Shown here: one piece after another, positions 13,660 through 27,774 of the stretch | Layout: each line of letters opens with the position of its first letter | How positions within the stretch are numbered: the stretch's first letter is position 1 | Source of the DNA: Stylophora pistillata | Lineage: Eukaryota | NCBI RefSeq assembly: GCF_002571385.2 | Contig: NW_019217936.1 | Location: 232,855 to 296,854 of the forward strand | Direction: 5' to 3' | Length of the DNA stretch: 64,000 nucleotides | Translations under genes and position numbers: made by a program | Notes under the pieces: generated by a model | Databases searched by the model: none | What the model was told of the DNA's origin: nothing | What the model saw: the letters and a program-made list of their open reading frames with translations, nothing else

Positions 13660-14265
13660 TTAATAATATTTTATAAACATTTTCAACTAACCGATTTAAA
13701 CTATGGGCTCCTTTAAACATATCACCGTGATCACCATCATTTGCGTCGCCGTCGTCAGTGTCATCATCGATCACTGTTATGAAACAAGTACAACCGTCAG
13801 GCTGCTGGTCACTTGAGTTCTTAGAAAAACGAAAGAAAAACCTCCACAGAGGTGCAAAATTAGTAATATGGGAAAATACATGTAGAAAATTTGAATTGAT
13901 CAAAACATCAAAATTTGCACAATAAAATTCAATCATTATTTCAGGCTTACTGAAAATACCGATTTGTTCTATAATTTCAGTCAAATTTTAAATTAAAGCG
14001 AATATCAAATGGTTTATCAACTGCGCGTACTTGAACTAGTATAGTCCAGCGCTGTCCAGCTGTGTAAGGGGAAGGGGGCTGAGGAGAGGGCGATGGTGGA
14101 AAATGAGCGGGAGCTCTGTTATATATTGAAGCAAATACTATAGACAGATTCATAGACGTCTAACTTTCCAACTGTTAGTCCGGGATCCTAAAGTTGTCCA
14201 GATTCCAATGCTAATCAACGTTAAATTATACCAATGGTATCTCTGCTGCACCGCACATCAGAGCT

Positions 14266-14498
14266 CTAGCAGCCCCAGCTGCCCCAGCAGCCCTAGCAGC
14301 CCCAGCAGCCCTAGCAGCCCCAGCAGCCCAAGCAGTCCTAGCAGCCCCAGCAGCCCTAGCAGCCCTAGCAGCCCCAGCAGCCCTAGCAGCCCCAGCAGCC
14401 CTAGCAGCCCTAGCAGCCCCAGCAGCCCTAGCAGCCCCAGCAGCCCTAGCAGCCCTAGCAGCCCCAGCAGCCCCAGCAGCCCTAGCAGCCCTAGCAGC
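14266..14498. repeat. 9-bp tandem repeat (AGCAGCCCY)n, ~25 copies
   Basis: Directly visible; gives spurious (SSP)n and (A/G/R)-rich ORFs. Confidence 0.95.
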
Positions 14499-16626
14499 GT
14501 GTAGCACCCCTAAAGACATTTACATAGTCGATAATTTCAAAGCTCGGAATTTACCTTAACTTCAGTTTAGCTGTTTAATTTCATTTTCAGGGGGCTTCAG
14601 TGGTATTATCCTTTTTTTGCTCTTTATTACGCAGAAAATTCTGCTCAAATTGACTCCATTAATTAGGATAATCCTACATTCCTGTTGTTTTGCATGCTGC
14701 TTTCCACTATTTTTTTTTCCAGTCACAAGCCTCCGCAGTGCAGTCGCGGTGTTAACAAAAAGAGGTAATCCTCTCACAGAGGGAATCTGTATTATCCTTT
14801 TAGCAATACCAAGTAGATTAATGGAATGCAATCCGCAGTTTCCCCAACATCAACATTATCATTTGGCACAAATCCAGGCCAAACAGTAGAAAAAAAAAAA
14901 CACTCAAGAAAATTAAAAAGAAGAAGTAGAGAAGTTGTGAAAAATCATAAAATAAAAAAAAAAACACCCAGTATCAATAACACTATTGCGTAGAAAAAAA
15001 AAGGGGGGGTGCCAAAAGCGTTCATTAACGCACGAGGTTTGTTTACGTCGGATGTAGGAGACAGCTGAATGACCAAAACACTGATGATCCCACGCAGGTA
15101 TTCAGTGAGGGGCAACTCTCGAGGATTAAAACTGAAGAGCGCTAACGTATGTTTACATCATCCCAATCAAAATTAGTGTTGGGTACTGTGATGAAGCCAA
15201 AGTAAATAAACTCGCGCACAATAGTCTAGAGAAGGGCGATAACGCATCATTTCATTTCGTTGACGGTAGGTCGACCTTAATATTCTTTTTTACGGAAAGT
15301 GAAATGTGAAAATGGACTCCCGAATTTTTCAGTTTCCTTTATGGACGTCAATTGCCAAATTTTATAGTATTGCTCGCGATTATCAGCATGCCAAAAATAG
15401 ATAAATACAAGCGCTGCTGTGAAAGTAATGCAGACGTAAACAGAAGAAATTTTACACATTGGGAAACGTATGCAAAATAACAATTTTGATATGTGTATAT
15501 TCACATCACCTGCCTACATTAAAAGTTCAGATTTTGCCTTAGCTGACGGAGGTTTAGCTACTTATAAAATATGTTGCCCAAGGGTACCTTTAAATAAGAA
15601 GCAGAAACTGTGCCGAAGAAAACAAAGAAAAGCCAGTAATGTAGGGAATAAAATTGCAAATGAGCTGAAACCGTGGGAGAGCAATATCATTAACTTGGCG
15701 CTCTTTTTTTATTCACCGGAGGAGGTCAGTTTTAACCCGACTTACAGGCTACAAATCATTCCTATCGGATGTCAGTATATTTTGCTTGTTACCTCTACAA
15801 TTACTTAGACGCATCTTGCAACAGCAATTTACATTTTTTAAAAATCCATAATGCAAAATTGGTGCCAAAATTGTAAGTGACTGTCAAAGATTGTTTTTCT
15901 TACAAAAGCTTAGAGACAGGTTTATCATACTGTATGCCTTTCGGCTCCGTGTGTTGTTTACATGTCACGTTAAGTGTCCTAGAAGCAATGCATTTTGCAA
16001 ACCTTAGGCGCACTGAATAGCCTTTACGCGCTACCTCTTTATTAATACTCAAGCTATTATCCGTCTGTTTTAATGAAGATATTGATTATATAGCCTTTAT
16101 TCCAAGACAAATTCAGTTTTTTTCTCGAAGGCTCTTCGGATTTTTGACACCTCGCCGCCTTGATTGGTAAGTAAACTTGTCCCTTCCCACGTCAAAAAAG
16201 AAAATTGTAATCGTTTGTTACTGAATTGAAAAAAAAAAAAAAAAAAAAAAAAAAAAGAAAAGAAAAAAAGTTGTTTGTTAACTCAAAATACAAATTTGAA
16301 TTCTAAAGCTCCTTTTTGACGGTTCTTTGAATAACAAATTGAATATAGGGTAATTATCCCTTTGCTTTTAACTTGGTCTCATAAATCGAGAAAAGCTTTT
16401 GGGCCAAAGAAAAGAATGGTTCCCGTGTTTATCATTTAAATTTTGACACCTGTCACTCTTGGATAACCCTGTCTATTTAATATTAATAGCACGTGAGATA
16501 GAAGGCGATGTAAACAAGTTTCTGCCTTCTTGTTTCTGCCTGAGGCAAGATCAAACCAGAGCTTAGATGCGATCTTCTCTTGTAGTAGGACGACTGTGCT
16601 TGAAATTGTAAGAAATATTTCGCGCA

Positions 16627-17037
16627 ATGTTATTTGTAACGGACAAACCCGTTTCCATGAATGAATGGAAGGAAATTCAACGTGCAGATGTGGAGAAAGT
16701 TTACGCACGCAAAAGTTCACGCAAAGATGTCGAAATTTTGAGCCAGAGTATGGAAACCAGCCAAGCGAGTTGTGAAGTGGCGAAACAACAAAACGCTCCC
16801 GTACAGGTCAAATGCGGTAGGATCCGTCGCCATTCTTCGTACGAGCCAAATCTCGATGATATCTTAGAGGAAGACGTCGATGGTAACGGAAGAGAGCATA
16901 ACCGAGACCTTGCCGACATACATCGCGAGCGAGCTCGCAACTCCGGGGTACTGAAGAAAGATCGAGAAGGGCGAACCTGGCGAAAGAAAAACTTCGTCAA
17001 CAACAATTATACAAGACCGAGATCGTACACAGCTTAA
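16627..17037 (+). CDS. Hypothetical 136-aa charged, probably disordered protein (single coding exon)
   Basis: ATG-to-TAA ORF that is GC-richer than its flanks, with natural-looking composition (RIRRHSSYEPNLDDILEED). A candidate upstream 5'UTR donor G|GTAAGT lies at ~16168. No domain recognised. Confidence 0.5.
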   Translation: MLFVTDKPVSMNEWKEIQRADVEKVYARKSSRKDVEILSQSMETSQASCEVAKQQNAPVQVKCGRIRRHSSYEPNLDDILEEDVDGNGREHNRDLADIHRERARNSGVLKKDREGRTWRKKNFVNNNYTRPRSYTA

Positions 17038-19898
17038 CTCTGGCGATTTGCCCATGTTGTTATTTCGAGGTGCGAGACGAACGAACCACTAACAAACATT
17101 TTCTTCAAGTCACGTGCAGTCGAGCGCCATGTGCAAAAATAACAACAGCGTCAAACATCTACATAAGATATCAGAAATGAAACCTGAGTCCCTCGGGCAT
17201 TATACGACACGTTCCCTTGCAGGAAAGCACATTGGAAATGCTGGAAAACACAGGCACTTCTTGATGATGTCTTAAAGATTCTTTTCAAGGAGAGAAATTC
17301 CCATTGGGTTGTATATGTAAACACTCATCGCAAATTCATATTTTGATATCTTTAAACTTTCGCATACCGACAGCGAGTGTAACACTTTATGCTTGGTATA
17401 AACCTTCATCATATGAGGTGTAGATAAAGAAGTCAAGGAACCTCGTTTCTGGAGAGGTATCAGTTGTTCTTCGCATTTTCTGACGAGGTTCTATATAAAT
17501 TTAGAAAGATAAGATCTTTTGGGTAGCTGCGCTACCCATTTCGTTATTTCTTTTGAGGTTTGCTCATCAAGGCGTGACAAACAAGTTCCTGCACGATATC
17601 GGATAATGTTTTTCCCACAACGACCATGTTTACGAGCAAAGCGTCAGAATTAGACCTTCATCGCGCCGGTGCAAGCATTATAGCTGTGAATAACATTTCA
17701 ACATTTGTACGATACAATCTACAATTGCAAGTTCTGAGTTTCAGTCTGTCGAAGGGCCTATATCATTCGCAAATTCGTTCCCAAATTGTTTACTGATAAA
17801 ACTCCTAGTTTACAGAAACATGTCAGATTAAGTGCTTTACTCTTAGTTCGCATTCGTAATACCAGTTTCTTAAAGGTTGAAGAAACTGCTGTTTGAGGAT
17901 AATGGTAATATAAGTGTAATTTTCGTCACCAACTACAGCTGTTCTTTTGTGATTCAAATGACGCTTTGTGAATTAAGAAAAAAACACATAACATGTCCAT
18001 GCTCCAGTGCAAATGTCATCGAAATTAGTTCTACGTGCTATCTACATTTTACTCATCATTCTTACTGAGTTCGCAGACAGACAACGCGTATTAGATCCCA
18101 AAGTTATACATGCATCGAAGAAAAAAAGAACAACGAATTAAGACGAAATTTCTAATGTGTACAGTAAAATTAAAGTTGAATAAAACATGCGTTTGCAACC
18201 CCACACTAGTATTATGTGAAAGAGTTACATATCTGTGGTGTGATATAACTTTTCCTCGTCTTGCTGCCTTTACTTGCGACGTTTCACATGCAGGCGCGTT
18301 CCAGAGAATTTTATAATAAATTGCTGTTGATTCAGAACTCGTTTAACGGGGTTGGTCGAATGGTAATGAAGGAGAATTGTCACCTTGACTAGAACGAGAT
18401 CCTCCGGCTTTCATTTTCTTTTCCTTTTTTTTTGTGATTCAGAAGGGAATCTTTGTCTTCCTTTATTCTCATCTATCTATACATTTTCTGTATTTTTCGT
18501 AGATTTACATACTTCACAATTAATGTTCAAGGAAATAACGAGTAGAGCTTTGTGAGCAACAAAAATGAAACGCATCACAAAATTTGTGAAATCAAATTTA
18601 TTTAGTCTATTCATGTACTTTTTTTTTCATCTCGTATAAGACGAAAAGAAAATTTTCGTTTCATGAAAGAAAAGGAAAAAATATATTTTCTGGACATACC
18701 AGTTGTTGCTACCTGGTAGATGCTACTGTCTGAACATGTCTATTAAAAACAAAAGCAAAAGTAGAATGACAGGCTCTTTCCGGCTTTTACCACATTTGTA
18801 TGGCTTTCACTGGAGTGATTACTTTATTTAAGTAATAACATTTCCACTACACCAAACTTTTACATTTTGGTAGCGCGTCATAAGTGAAAGTTCTCCGTTA
18901 AAACAAGCGCAAAATTGAGATTGCCGACATAAAAATTCGCTCTGTATTTAAGAGTTAAGCAACGTACTTGGTTTTCAACCCCGCAGACAATTTCCTAGTC
19001 GGCCAGACGACGATAAATCTTTTATTAGTGGGGTCGTTGCTCAGAAGAAACTTTGTAATTGTTCGTTACCATTATGGTCGGTATGTCGAAAGGTTGTTAT
19101 GAGATCAAATTAGTCTGCGATTAAACCTCTTCCCCAGCTTCACATGTGTCACGTCCGAACCTCGACCAACTGACCAATTGTTGTACCCATCATTTCGAAT
19201 TTATTATTCAGATTTTTTTTCTAGGACCACCATTGACAACCCAAGCATCTAAGGGAAAACCAAAGCGGACTTGCTTTCTTGCCTTTCCAAAGCTTCAGTT
19301 CTAAGTCAGTATTTTAGTACCGGTTGTTTGAATAAGCAACGCTTAGCAAATCAAATGCACTGAAATAAAGTTTGATTCATTAAACGAATCAATGCGTTGG
19401 GAAGTCAGAATGTTATGAATTGTGGCAGGATGAAAACATTGTGAAATATTCCAATCACAAAAGGGCCGCTAAGTCCCGAGATAATCCCAGTTATTTTGCA
19501 AAGTAGAAGTGCAGGTTGAAAAAAAAAAAAGGAAATACCGTAAAACAAACAAAACAACACGAAAACAAGGTCCGAACATAACAACAATGGGTTCACATAT
19601 TTGTCAAAAATAGTTGCACCCGATTGAAGCATAAATGTCTTGGAGCCAGTCTCATATCTAAAGCATTTACAAGAAGTCTCNAAAAAAGGTCCATCTGCTT
19701 TAACTTCTTTGAGGATGTTAATTCTTTGTACATTCCCACACTGGCATTAGACATGTTTCCACTCTATTGAAATAAAAAATATAATTATTCATTTGAAATG
19801 GAATGAGTTTTCATAAGAATATACTTTTGTTTCTGGTATTCACTCTATTGAAATAAAATAATTATTCGTTTGAAATTGAATGAGTTTTAATGAGAATA

Positions 19899-20338
19899 CA
19901 GTCAACACCCGCATATAAGAACACATGATTTTGGAGGCCAGGCTGATCAGCTTCTTATTTATCGGGTGCTTAGTGAAACATCAGCCTGAAGGTGTTCTTA
20001 AATTGTTCTTAAATTTTTGTTGTTGGAATTCAGAACTGTAACAATACAAAAAAATGCTTGAGATTAAATTGGCATATTTAATGAAAAAGAAAATTAATAA
20101 ATATCGTGACATTATTGTAAAAATTAGCCTGCAAGAGAAAATCAGCCTTATTACTAGTTAACTAGTGAACAGAACAAGAAAATACATCTAACTTGAAGGG
20201 CATGTTATTGTCTTATCCATTTTATAAGAACATTTTATATTTCCAGGCTGATTTTGTTCTTATAAAAATGGTGCTTTATTTGCAAAATTTCAGCCTGATG
20301 TTCTTAATCCATGTGTTCTTATATGCGGGTGTTTACTG
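19899..20338. mobile_element. Tc1/mariner-pogo-type MITE, TA target duplication
   Basis: ta|CAGTCAACACCCGCATATAAGAACACATG ... CATGTGTTCTTATATGCGGGTGTTTACTG|ta. Confidence 0.85.
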
Positions 20339-21161
20339 TATAAATTGTTGCTGCTCTGATGGTAAAAAGCTCCTTACTAACTTCAAAGAGGGCACTTGGT
20401 GTGACTTGAAAGCTACTGGTAAGTTTATTTCCATCAAGGAAAAAAAAGGGAAAGAAAAAAAAAAAATTTTCTGAAGCACCATGTTCTAGAAGCCCTAAAC
20501 TGTCGAATAAGGAAAAACAAGGAGAAACGGGAGTGACGCACTAAAGACGAGCTTGCTCGGTCCAGCTGTTAATAAGAGGAAACTATTTTTGTCTATATTT
20601 CAATGCCTCTGATATATTTCTCCCCAACGAGAAGCAATATTGACCCAAGTGTCCCTGTGGAAATGAAATTTGAATGTTTAAAAAGAAAAAAAAAAAAAAT
20701 CAAGAAACCCATCTGAGTTCCTTGCTGTTTACCTTGTTGGTGAGCCAGTTTGCAAATTCCCCGTTTAAATAAAAATGTAAGCGTTTTAATAAAGCCCTCA
20801 GTTTATAGCCTCAAGGTCTTTAGCCAAAAGCCACGTTCTCAGCAATTCCGGGCCTTGACTGTATACATCACCTGGCTTGAAGCAAGCGGCCTGAGTCTAT
20901 AAAATATTTACTTTTTTCAGTAAAATTCCAACTATCATCTTTGACCAATTTCTCATTCCAGCCAGTTAAAAATAAAACGAAAAGGAAAGTGTCCTTTTGA
21001 AAACAAAACACCAAATTTGCCGTTTCAGTCAAATTATATGACGTTATCGGCCGATGAATGGGTACTCTAGACAATAATTTGAGACTATTTTGCGACGGAA
21101 AGGTTTTGAAATCAAAAAACGCCCTGTAATTTACACGGGACAAATGGAGGAAGAGCCCTGA

Positions 21162-24100
21162 TTAAGATTCGAGAACAGTTATAGAGCAAGGTTGACTAAA
21201 CAATTCGCTGCTGCGGTCATCCACATCTGTAATAGCACGTACAGTGAAATAATAAGAGGCCCCTGGAAGAAACTGCGTCATTGTACAAGCCATAGGAAGT
21301 GCAAGGGCGTCTACGACACCCAAACTTTGCCATCCCGTTGATTCGCTGGAAGCCGTGGTCACAAAGAGTTCATACTTAATAACTTTTGATTCGTACTCTC
21401 TGCTGGTTAGATCCCATGACAACACAATACCATCTCTACTTTGCTCTGCACCGAGAATTGGTTTTAAGTAAGAAGCATTGTCTTTTTGAAGTTGCGAGCC
21501 TTCGTTGTCACCCTGTTCTGCTACATCTGAAAAACTCACGATCTGGCCAACAACACCTCCATGTGAATCTAATAGTTTATTGTTTCCTTCTGTCTCCGGA
21601 TTAGTCACGTCCTTAAAATCGTCTAACAGTTTCATTCCTGGTAAGTTCTGAACAAGTAACGAACGAGTGGTACAACCAGTCCTTGGAGACAAAGCGGTAG
21701 CCGGGCAAGATGCCTGAACAGCTGTTACTTCATTACTTTTCAATTCCGACCCTTGCGCATTTCGTAATCTTGTAGTTCTGGGTGCAGGTGATCGAGTGGC
21801 AGGCAACACGGTCTTCGTCTGGCTATTTAGTAGTGGTCCTGAGGGCATCGATGGATTCTGCGGGGTAGATCGAAAACTATTGGCAGGTAGGATTGATATA
21901 GTAGCTAGGTTTGGAGTTGTAAAAGAGGTTCTTCTTTCAAGCAGATGTCCACTCTCCGCGTTAGACATCGTGAGTGGGTTTCTTTGCCCCTCTCTTGCTG
22001 AGTCTCTATCCGAATTATTTCGCCTCAGGAGCGCTAATGACGAGGGTGAAGCATTAGGATGGACACAAGCTCTTGCGTTAGCGGAGTACGGAACCTGACC
22101 ATGAAGGATACTTCCTGCACCCACCCTTTCTCTTTGAGGGGAAACTGACTTAGAGTCGTGCAGCACACTAACACTGAGCTGCGAAACAGAGGTTGAGGAA
22201 GTATGAACACTGCTTTGACTTTGGTGGACTGGCGGTTGGATTGATTGCTGCAAAAAGGCTCCATTTCTTATATTTTGTGCAGGATAAGGTCTAAGAAACT
22301 GTGTCTGAATGGGAGGTCTTTGGTTTAAACAGAAATTGTTAGAGCTTGCCGTAATAAGAGAAGCAGGTAATTGTTCTGCAAAAGATGTTCCACAATGCGC
22401 AGCACTTGGTACTGTGAACTGAGGGTTGCGTTGCCAATATTGATGTGCTCTTGGGTGTGGCTTAGGAAGTATAGGAGTGGGCGGCACGTAACCTGCTATC
22501 CTCTGATACTGGTGCAACTGTTTCTGTAGTTGCTGCTGTTGCTGAGGTTGCGGTCGATGCTGTTGCTGTTGCAGTTCCTGACGAGGCGGATGCTGCAGTA
22601 AAGGCACCTGTTGTTGGTGCATATGAATAGATGGTTGCGTGAGCAACTGGTTCTGTTGCTGAGGATGCAGCTGAGGACTACATTGGTGAGAAGTCGTGGA
22701 GTAGCCACCGTCAGTATTATGTGCAGTTTGCTCTTTAGTAAAGTGAAACATTTGTCTTTGGACCGGGTGACTAGCTGGATGCAAATCAACCCCATTAAGA
22801 GGAATAACTGGTTGGTCCGAGGCTCTGATGGAGTTTTGATAATGGCTTTTGGACCACTCTTGATTAAGAGGGTTTTGGACGCCGCTGGAACCTATTTGTA
22901 TTTCCGATGGGTTTGGTACTGCCTGGGAGGAAATTTGAGGTGGAAGGCCCCCAACAAGTTGGTTACCTTGAGCACTCCTTGTACCATCTGGAGTTGTGGG
23001 TAAGGCCTGAGGGCACAACATACCCGCTCTTGGAAAGTTCACGTGACCTAGCAAAACATTTGGACGATGGTGACGATTTGGACTGGAGGAGCGTATTTTA
23101 TTAGCAGGCTCTCCAGTCGGAACTGAACAACTTGACTTGTTTGATGTTTGTGTGCCTGGACGAAACTGTTGTGGATAAGGCAAAGGAATAGTGGGCCGCA
23201 ACTCTGACACAATCCCATGAGTACGAGCACCAGATGTACTTATGGAAGTTGAGACTTGGTTCTTGTTGGAAAGTTGCCCACGAGGTGCCTCGTGATTACC
23301 TCCTGTATGCAAGTGCAAATCGTCTCTGCCTCGTGCTGGATTTTGATTTCCAACTGTATGTCTTTGATTTGTATCTGGTGGGCAACAGAAGCAGCCCCCT
23401 GGGGGTCGTCGACGTCTACCTGCAGTAGTTAACATTGATGCAACACTTGCATTTCTATCTTGAGTCTGTGTCATTACAGGCCTTGACGATGAAGAATCAG
23501 TTCGATGGACTGGCGGAGTAATTTGTCTGATGATTGTGGAGATATTATCTGTGTTATCTTTCGTTATAGGAAGATTCGTCGAATCCAGTCGAGGTCGAGG
23601 TAGGATTGGCATTTGAGCCGTCTGCAGAGGTACATTTTGACCAACTGAACTATTTTCTGAGGACGAAATGACCTGCTGAGGACGAACTGTGGCGATGCGA
23701 TTTACTGGTCCGGTTGCATGCTGCTGAGCAGAAGTGGAAGAGATACTTCGCCAAGGATCTATGGCACCAGAAAGTTGCCCTCGTTGATCTGTCACTATTA
23801 CTGCCTGGCGATTTACAGGCAAACTGTTTATTCCCGTACTTGGCGAGGGCAAGTTTGGACCTTGCAAGGGCCTGGCCGAATTACGTTGAGATATAAGAGC
23901 TTGGTTGGAAAGAAGACGATGTTCTGGAAGTATAAAATCACAAGGATGTTGACGAGGCTGTTGTGATACAAGGAGGCCGCCAGAAGAAACGTGTTGTATT
24001 TTGGGTAGAGGACTGTCCGTTTGGGGAGAATGCGTACATTGCTGTGATTCCATTTGTTTCTGTGACGTGTTCTCTCGCATTATCTCAGAGAGCTTTGGTA

Positions 24101-26317
24101 TTTGAACACGCGCAGATGCATCATTTACCTGTTTCCCGCAAACTTTGATGATGACAGGGCCATCTCCAGGAATGGACCAGGACCCATGTTCCTCTAATGC
24201 AAAGGATGAAGCTTTGTCCACGCCTTGACATGCAGACCATGCTCGACTCAAGATCTAAGTGAAGTTACAAGTAACAACTTACGAAATGTAAATAAAGTTA
24301 GACCTGTAAGTCTGGCAGTACGTTCATCCTTAAAGGAAACACATTCTCAAACTTACCATTCCCATAGACACTTGAGTACCACGTGAGACAGTCTTAGTCG
24401 CTTCTTTTTCTTTCTAAAGAATAAAAGGCTAATAGTTAACCATGTCGCACAGTTTCCCGCCGATAAATATATCCAGTCTCTGTGTCATAAAATCAACTAC
24501 GTATTTATTCTAATTCATCATCGACTATATGCTAAAATAGGTGCACAAACAGAGATAAGTGCTGCTGAGATGCTGATGTTTCAGAATTCCAGCTTTTCAA
24601 AGTTATAAGCTAAGTGGTTTATCTACATTTAACGACTCAGAGCTGATGCACGTTTAGGTGTTACACTTGCCCGTAAAAGCAGCACCAAAGTTTCTCCTGG
24701 GAGCGATGATATTGTTTGTAAAATTTGGAGAGACTACTGCAATGGCCAGTCATTAGGCAAGAAAGAGGAAAAAGGTGCAGTACCTTCCAGGCCACTATGA
24801 AGCATTGTAATAATTTAAGTTCTTTTTAGCGATTATTTAGACGACTCGTGAGCATGATGCTTTGCACCGATCACTTCTTATGAATAGACTGACCTCGTTG
24901 TAGAGATTCATCATGGACGTCTGAAGTCTGTCTGCTTTATCTTCAAGCTGCATATTTCTTCTTTCAAGAATCGCCACCTTGCGCCTCAAGGCTGAAACAG
25001 TTCCGCAGTATACTGCTGAGTGTTGTAACTTTAACATTCGTTTAGCAACCAAGTCCTTCAGCATCTGAGGAACAATGACAATAAATACAGTCACTAAGCA
25101 ACATGGAATCTAATTATTTTATACGATAACAAATTAAAATGTTGCTAATGGTAACGTCATCCATGTGTCTGCATGTCCTCCAACAGATAAGAAGTAAGAA
25201 CCAATAAAAATGCGTTTATATTCAGCTTCTAATATAACATTTAGTTTCTAGTATTGTTTGAGGAAGAAGGATGACTAGTCCAACCGTTGTCTTTATCTGG
25301 GCTGATGTTCAACTGGCAGAGATCCTTTTTGCGTCAAAGAGAAAGTGTTGCAATGCACGGCACAAAAGTGTTTCAATGCACAACCAAACGATCATATCGG
25401 TTGTAACCAATATGGCTTAGGCAGCGGTTGCCTTGGAAAACAAGAGTTAACAGACTCTGGCACTTAAGTTTGTTTGCAGTGTTTTCACTCACCGAGACTT
25501 TGATTTGGCATGTGAAATCAATATTTAAAAGGAAAGTACCCTGTTCTTAACAAGTTCGTTACGCATGCCCTTTGCGGGAGCCCGATAGCCTGAAGTTTCG
25601 CTCGTCAAAATCTTTAACGCTGGAAGAGCAAAGAATTGGAACGACTGGGATAAATGGAATGAACATTGTGTACGACAGTACTTATCCAAGAATGAAATAA
25701 GATGTTCAAGTAATCTACCTTGCGGAATCGACGTTTGAACACATCGCTGGCATCACCTGTTATTTCATCTGCATCGATAGAACCAGGGCTTCCTTCGCTG
25801 ACAAGCGAGTTTCGAAACGCAGGTTGATTCACAGTACTTGCTCTCTTTTTACGAACACTTCTGATTGATGATGAATTCTTTGATTGTTTTCTTTTGCCTA
25901 GATTATGAAAACTGGAAGAGGAACTCACTTCAATTTCGGGTGATGATCGCTGCACTGAAGAGCGCTTGCGTAAGCTCCTTCGAGATTGAGTCCTGGCTAT
26001 AGCAGGCGAGGCCCTAATACAAGGATAAATTCTTTCATTTATGAGTCCTGATTCATTCTCAGCAGACATTTCATTCATCATTGGGATGGTAGGACTTGCG
26101 TATCCTTGGTTATCATTACTTGAGTCATGTCTGGTTTCGTCCAAAAAGGTTTCCCGAAAACTACTGTCATAGAAGTCCTTTTGTAATGCGACACATGTAA
26201 CTTCAGGCGTTTCACTGCAGTCCACTGGTTCTTGTTTGATTCTGTGCAAGAGGTCTACATTCAAGTGGACGACAGCATGTCCTTCAGTGCTATCCTCGGT
26301 ACAATCTTCATCTGCAG
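21162..26317 (-). CDS. ATF7IP: ATF7-interacting protein (ATF7IP/MCAF/Windei family, SETDB1 cofactor); 5' end unresolved
   Basis: Exons ~26317/26311-25719, 25064-24894 (coiled coil ..ALRRKVAILERRNMQLEDKADRLQ), 24413-24357, 24254-21162. The C-terminal FnIII domain GIVLSWD..YELF..WQSLGVVDALALPMACTMTQFLPGASYYFTVRA..FSQPCSI is characteristic of ATF7IP. The first exon probably lies near 27.2-27.35 kb but could not be phased. Confidence 0.88.
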
Positions 26318-27774
26318 CTTAGAGATACCGGTCGCGAATTTAATAAAAAGGCAAAGTGAGCAAATGTGCTTTTAATTATCCTCTAGATCTGAAATCCTCC
26401 AGAGGATTATAAATTTCTTATTAGCTATTTCCGTTAATCACAGCCACTTAAAAACGAGACGATCCGGAACAACCCTACCTTTATACAAGACTATTTATTG
26501 CAAAGAAATCGGGATCGAGAGCCTCAGGAAGTTAAGCGATAAATCTACCAGACATCTCTGTGTGAGAAGCAAAGGAACGACTGCAAATGAATCACACATT
26601 TCGCGCTTTCGGATCTCCACGATGAATCACTTTCCGTCATATATTGTCGGTTCTCAAAGACTCGAAAACAATAAAAGCATCACTTTTCTCGTGTTTGGAA
26701 ACCCTGAGGAAACCCTTGCACTCGTTTTTGAAATAACACATAAGAAGCTGACTTTGCGTAGCTATTTTCGGTGAGACCGGGAAATATCACCTCATTAGAA
26801 ACCTGAGCTGATCCTAACCCGAGCCAAACCTGGGGTAGATGGTGTGTGCGACCCCAACTTCTATAAACTTTTCTGCGGTCATCTTTGAGATGAGTACTTT
26901 TTGAGATGATTAAGTACAGAAACATGAGCAGATTTCTCTACAGATATCAACAACTTACTCAACATCTATGCTGAAAAAAAAAAAAATATATATATATATA
27001 TGTAAATATATTAAAAATGGAGTAAAACCTACCAGATGTGCTTAAAAGAGGTGTTTCAAGCCTAAAAAAAACAATAACACCATATAAGGAGGGCATCTTA
27101 CACGTTAAAACACTGCTTCATTGTCACACTAATGACGGATCATAAGACAACAAGCATGCACACACATCAAGTTATTTTAAACCCTGACGATTGTTTTCCT
27201 GTGCTTTTGGAACTCTTTACTCCGGTGCCAAATATATATTTTGATTGCTGAAGCCTCAAAAATGTCCAGCGAAGCCGCGAGAGGAATGCTCTCCATCTCT
27301 TTCTGATCCACGGCACCTTTACCTTCATTTCCATTGAAGACTCAAAACGTCGCCAACAAGGCAAGCTTTCCCGTGAACCTGAATCGTCCCCGCCTTATCT
27401 AGAAGCGCGAGAAAGGCAGCATGCAGCTAAGAGTATGAACTATGGGCTACTTGTTTTTCATCGACTAAAGCATGTATACCTTACCTTCTTATCTTGCTTG
27501 GAATTACATTCGATTCCATGACATGAAAAATGTCCCGGGATATATTTCTATGAACAAAAAAGTCACAAATAGCACCATAGCATCAAATCAACAAATATTA
27601 TGGGACATGTCGATGCCCCTTGAATGCGACAGCTGGCGTTAAAAACACTCTATGCCTTGTGAAATCTTATCATTATTACAAGATCTTTCAGGAAACGACC
27701 TTCGTGGCATTACGCGAGCAAAAGAACGGTAACTTTCATCACAAAAACAGTCGAGCAATCGCAAGTCTTTTTAA

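Noticed and set aside
14208-14519. (SSP)n and (AARA/AAGA)n ORFs on both strands
   Set aside because: Products of a 9-bp tandem repeat; no flanking coding signal.
27167-27364. Candidate ATF7IP first exon (MEMK|GT)
   Set aside because: Phase-0 donor does not match the phase-1 acceptors at 26311/26317; left unresolved.
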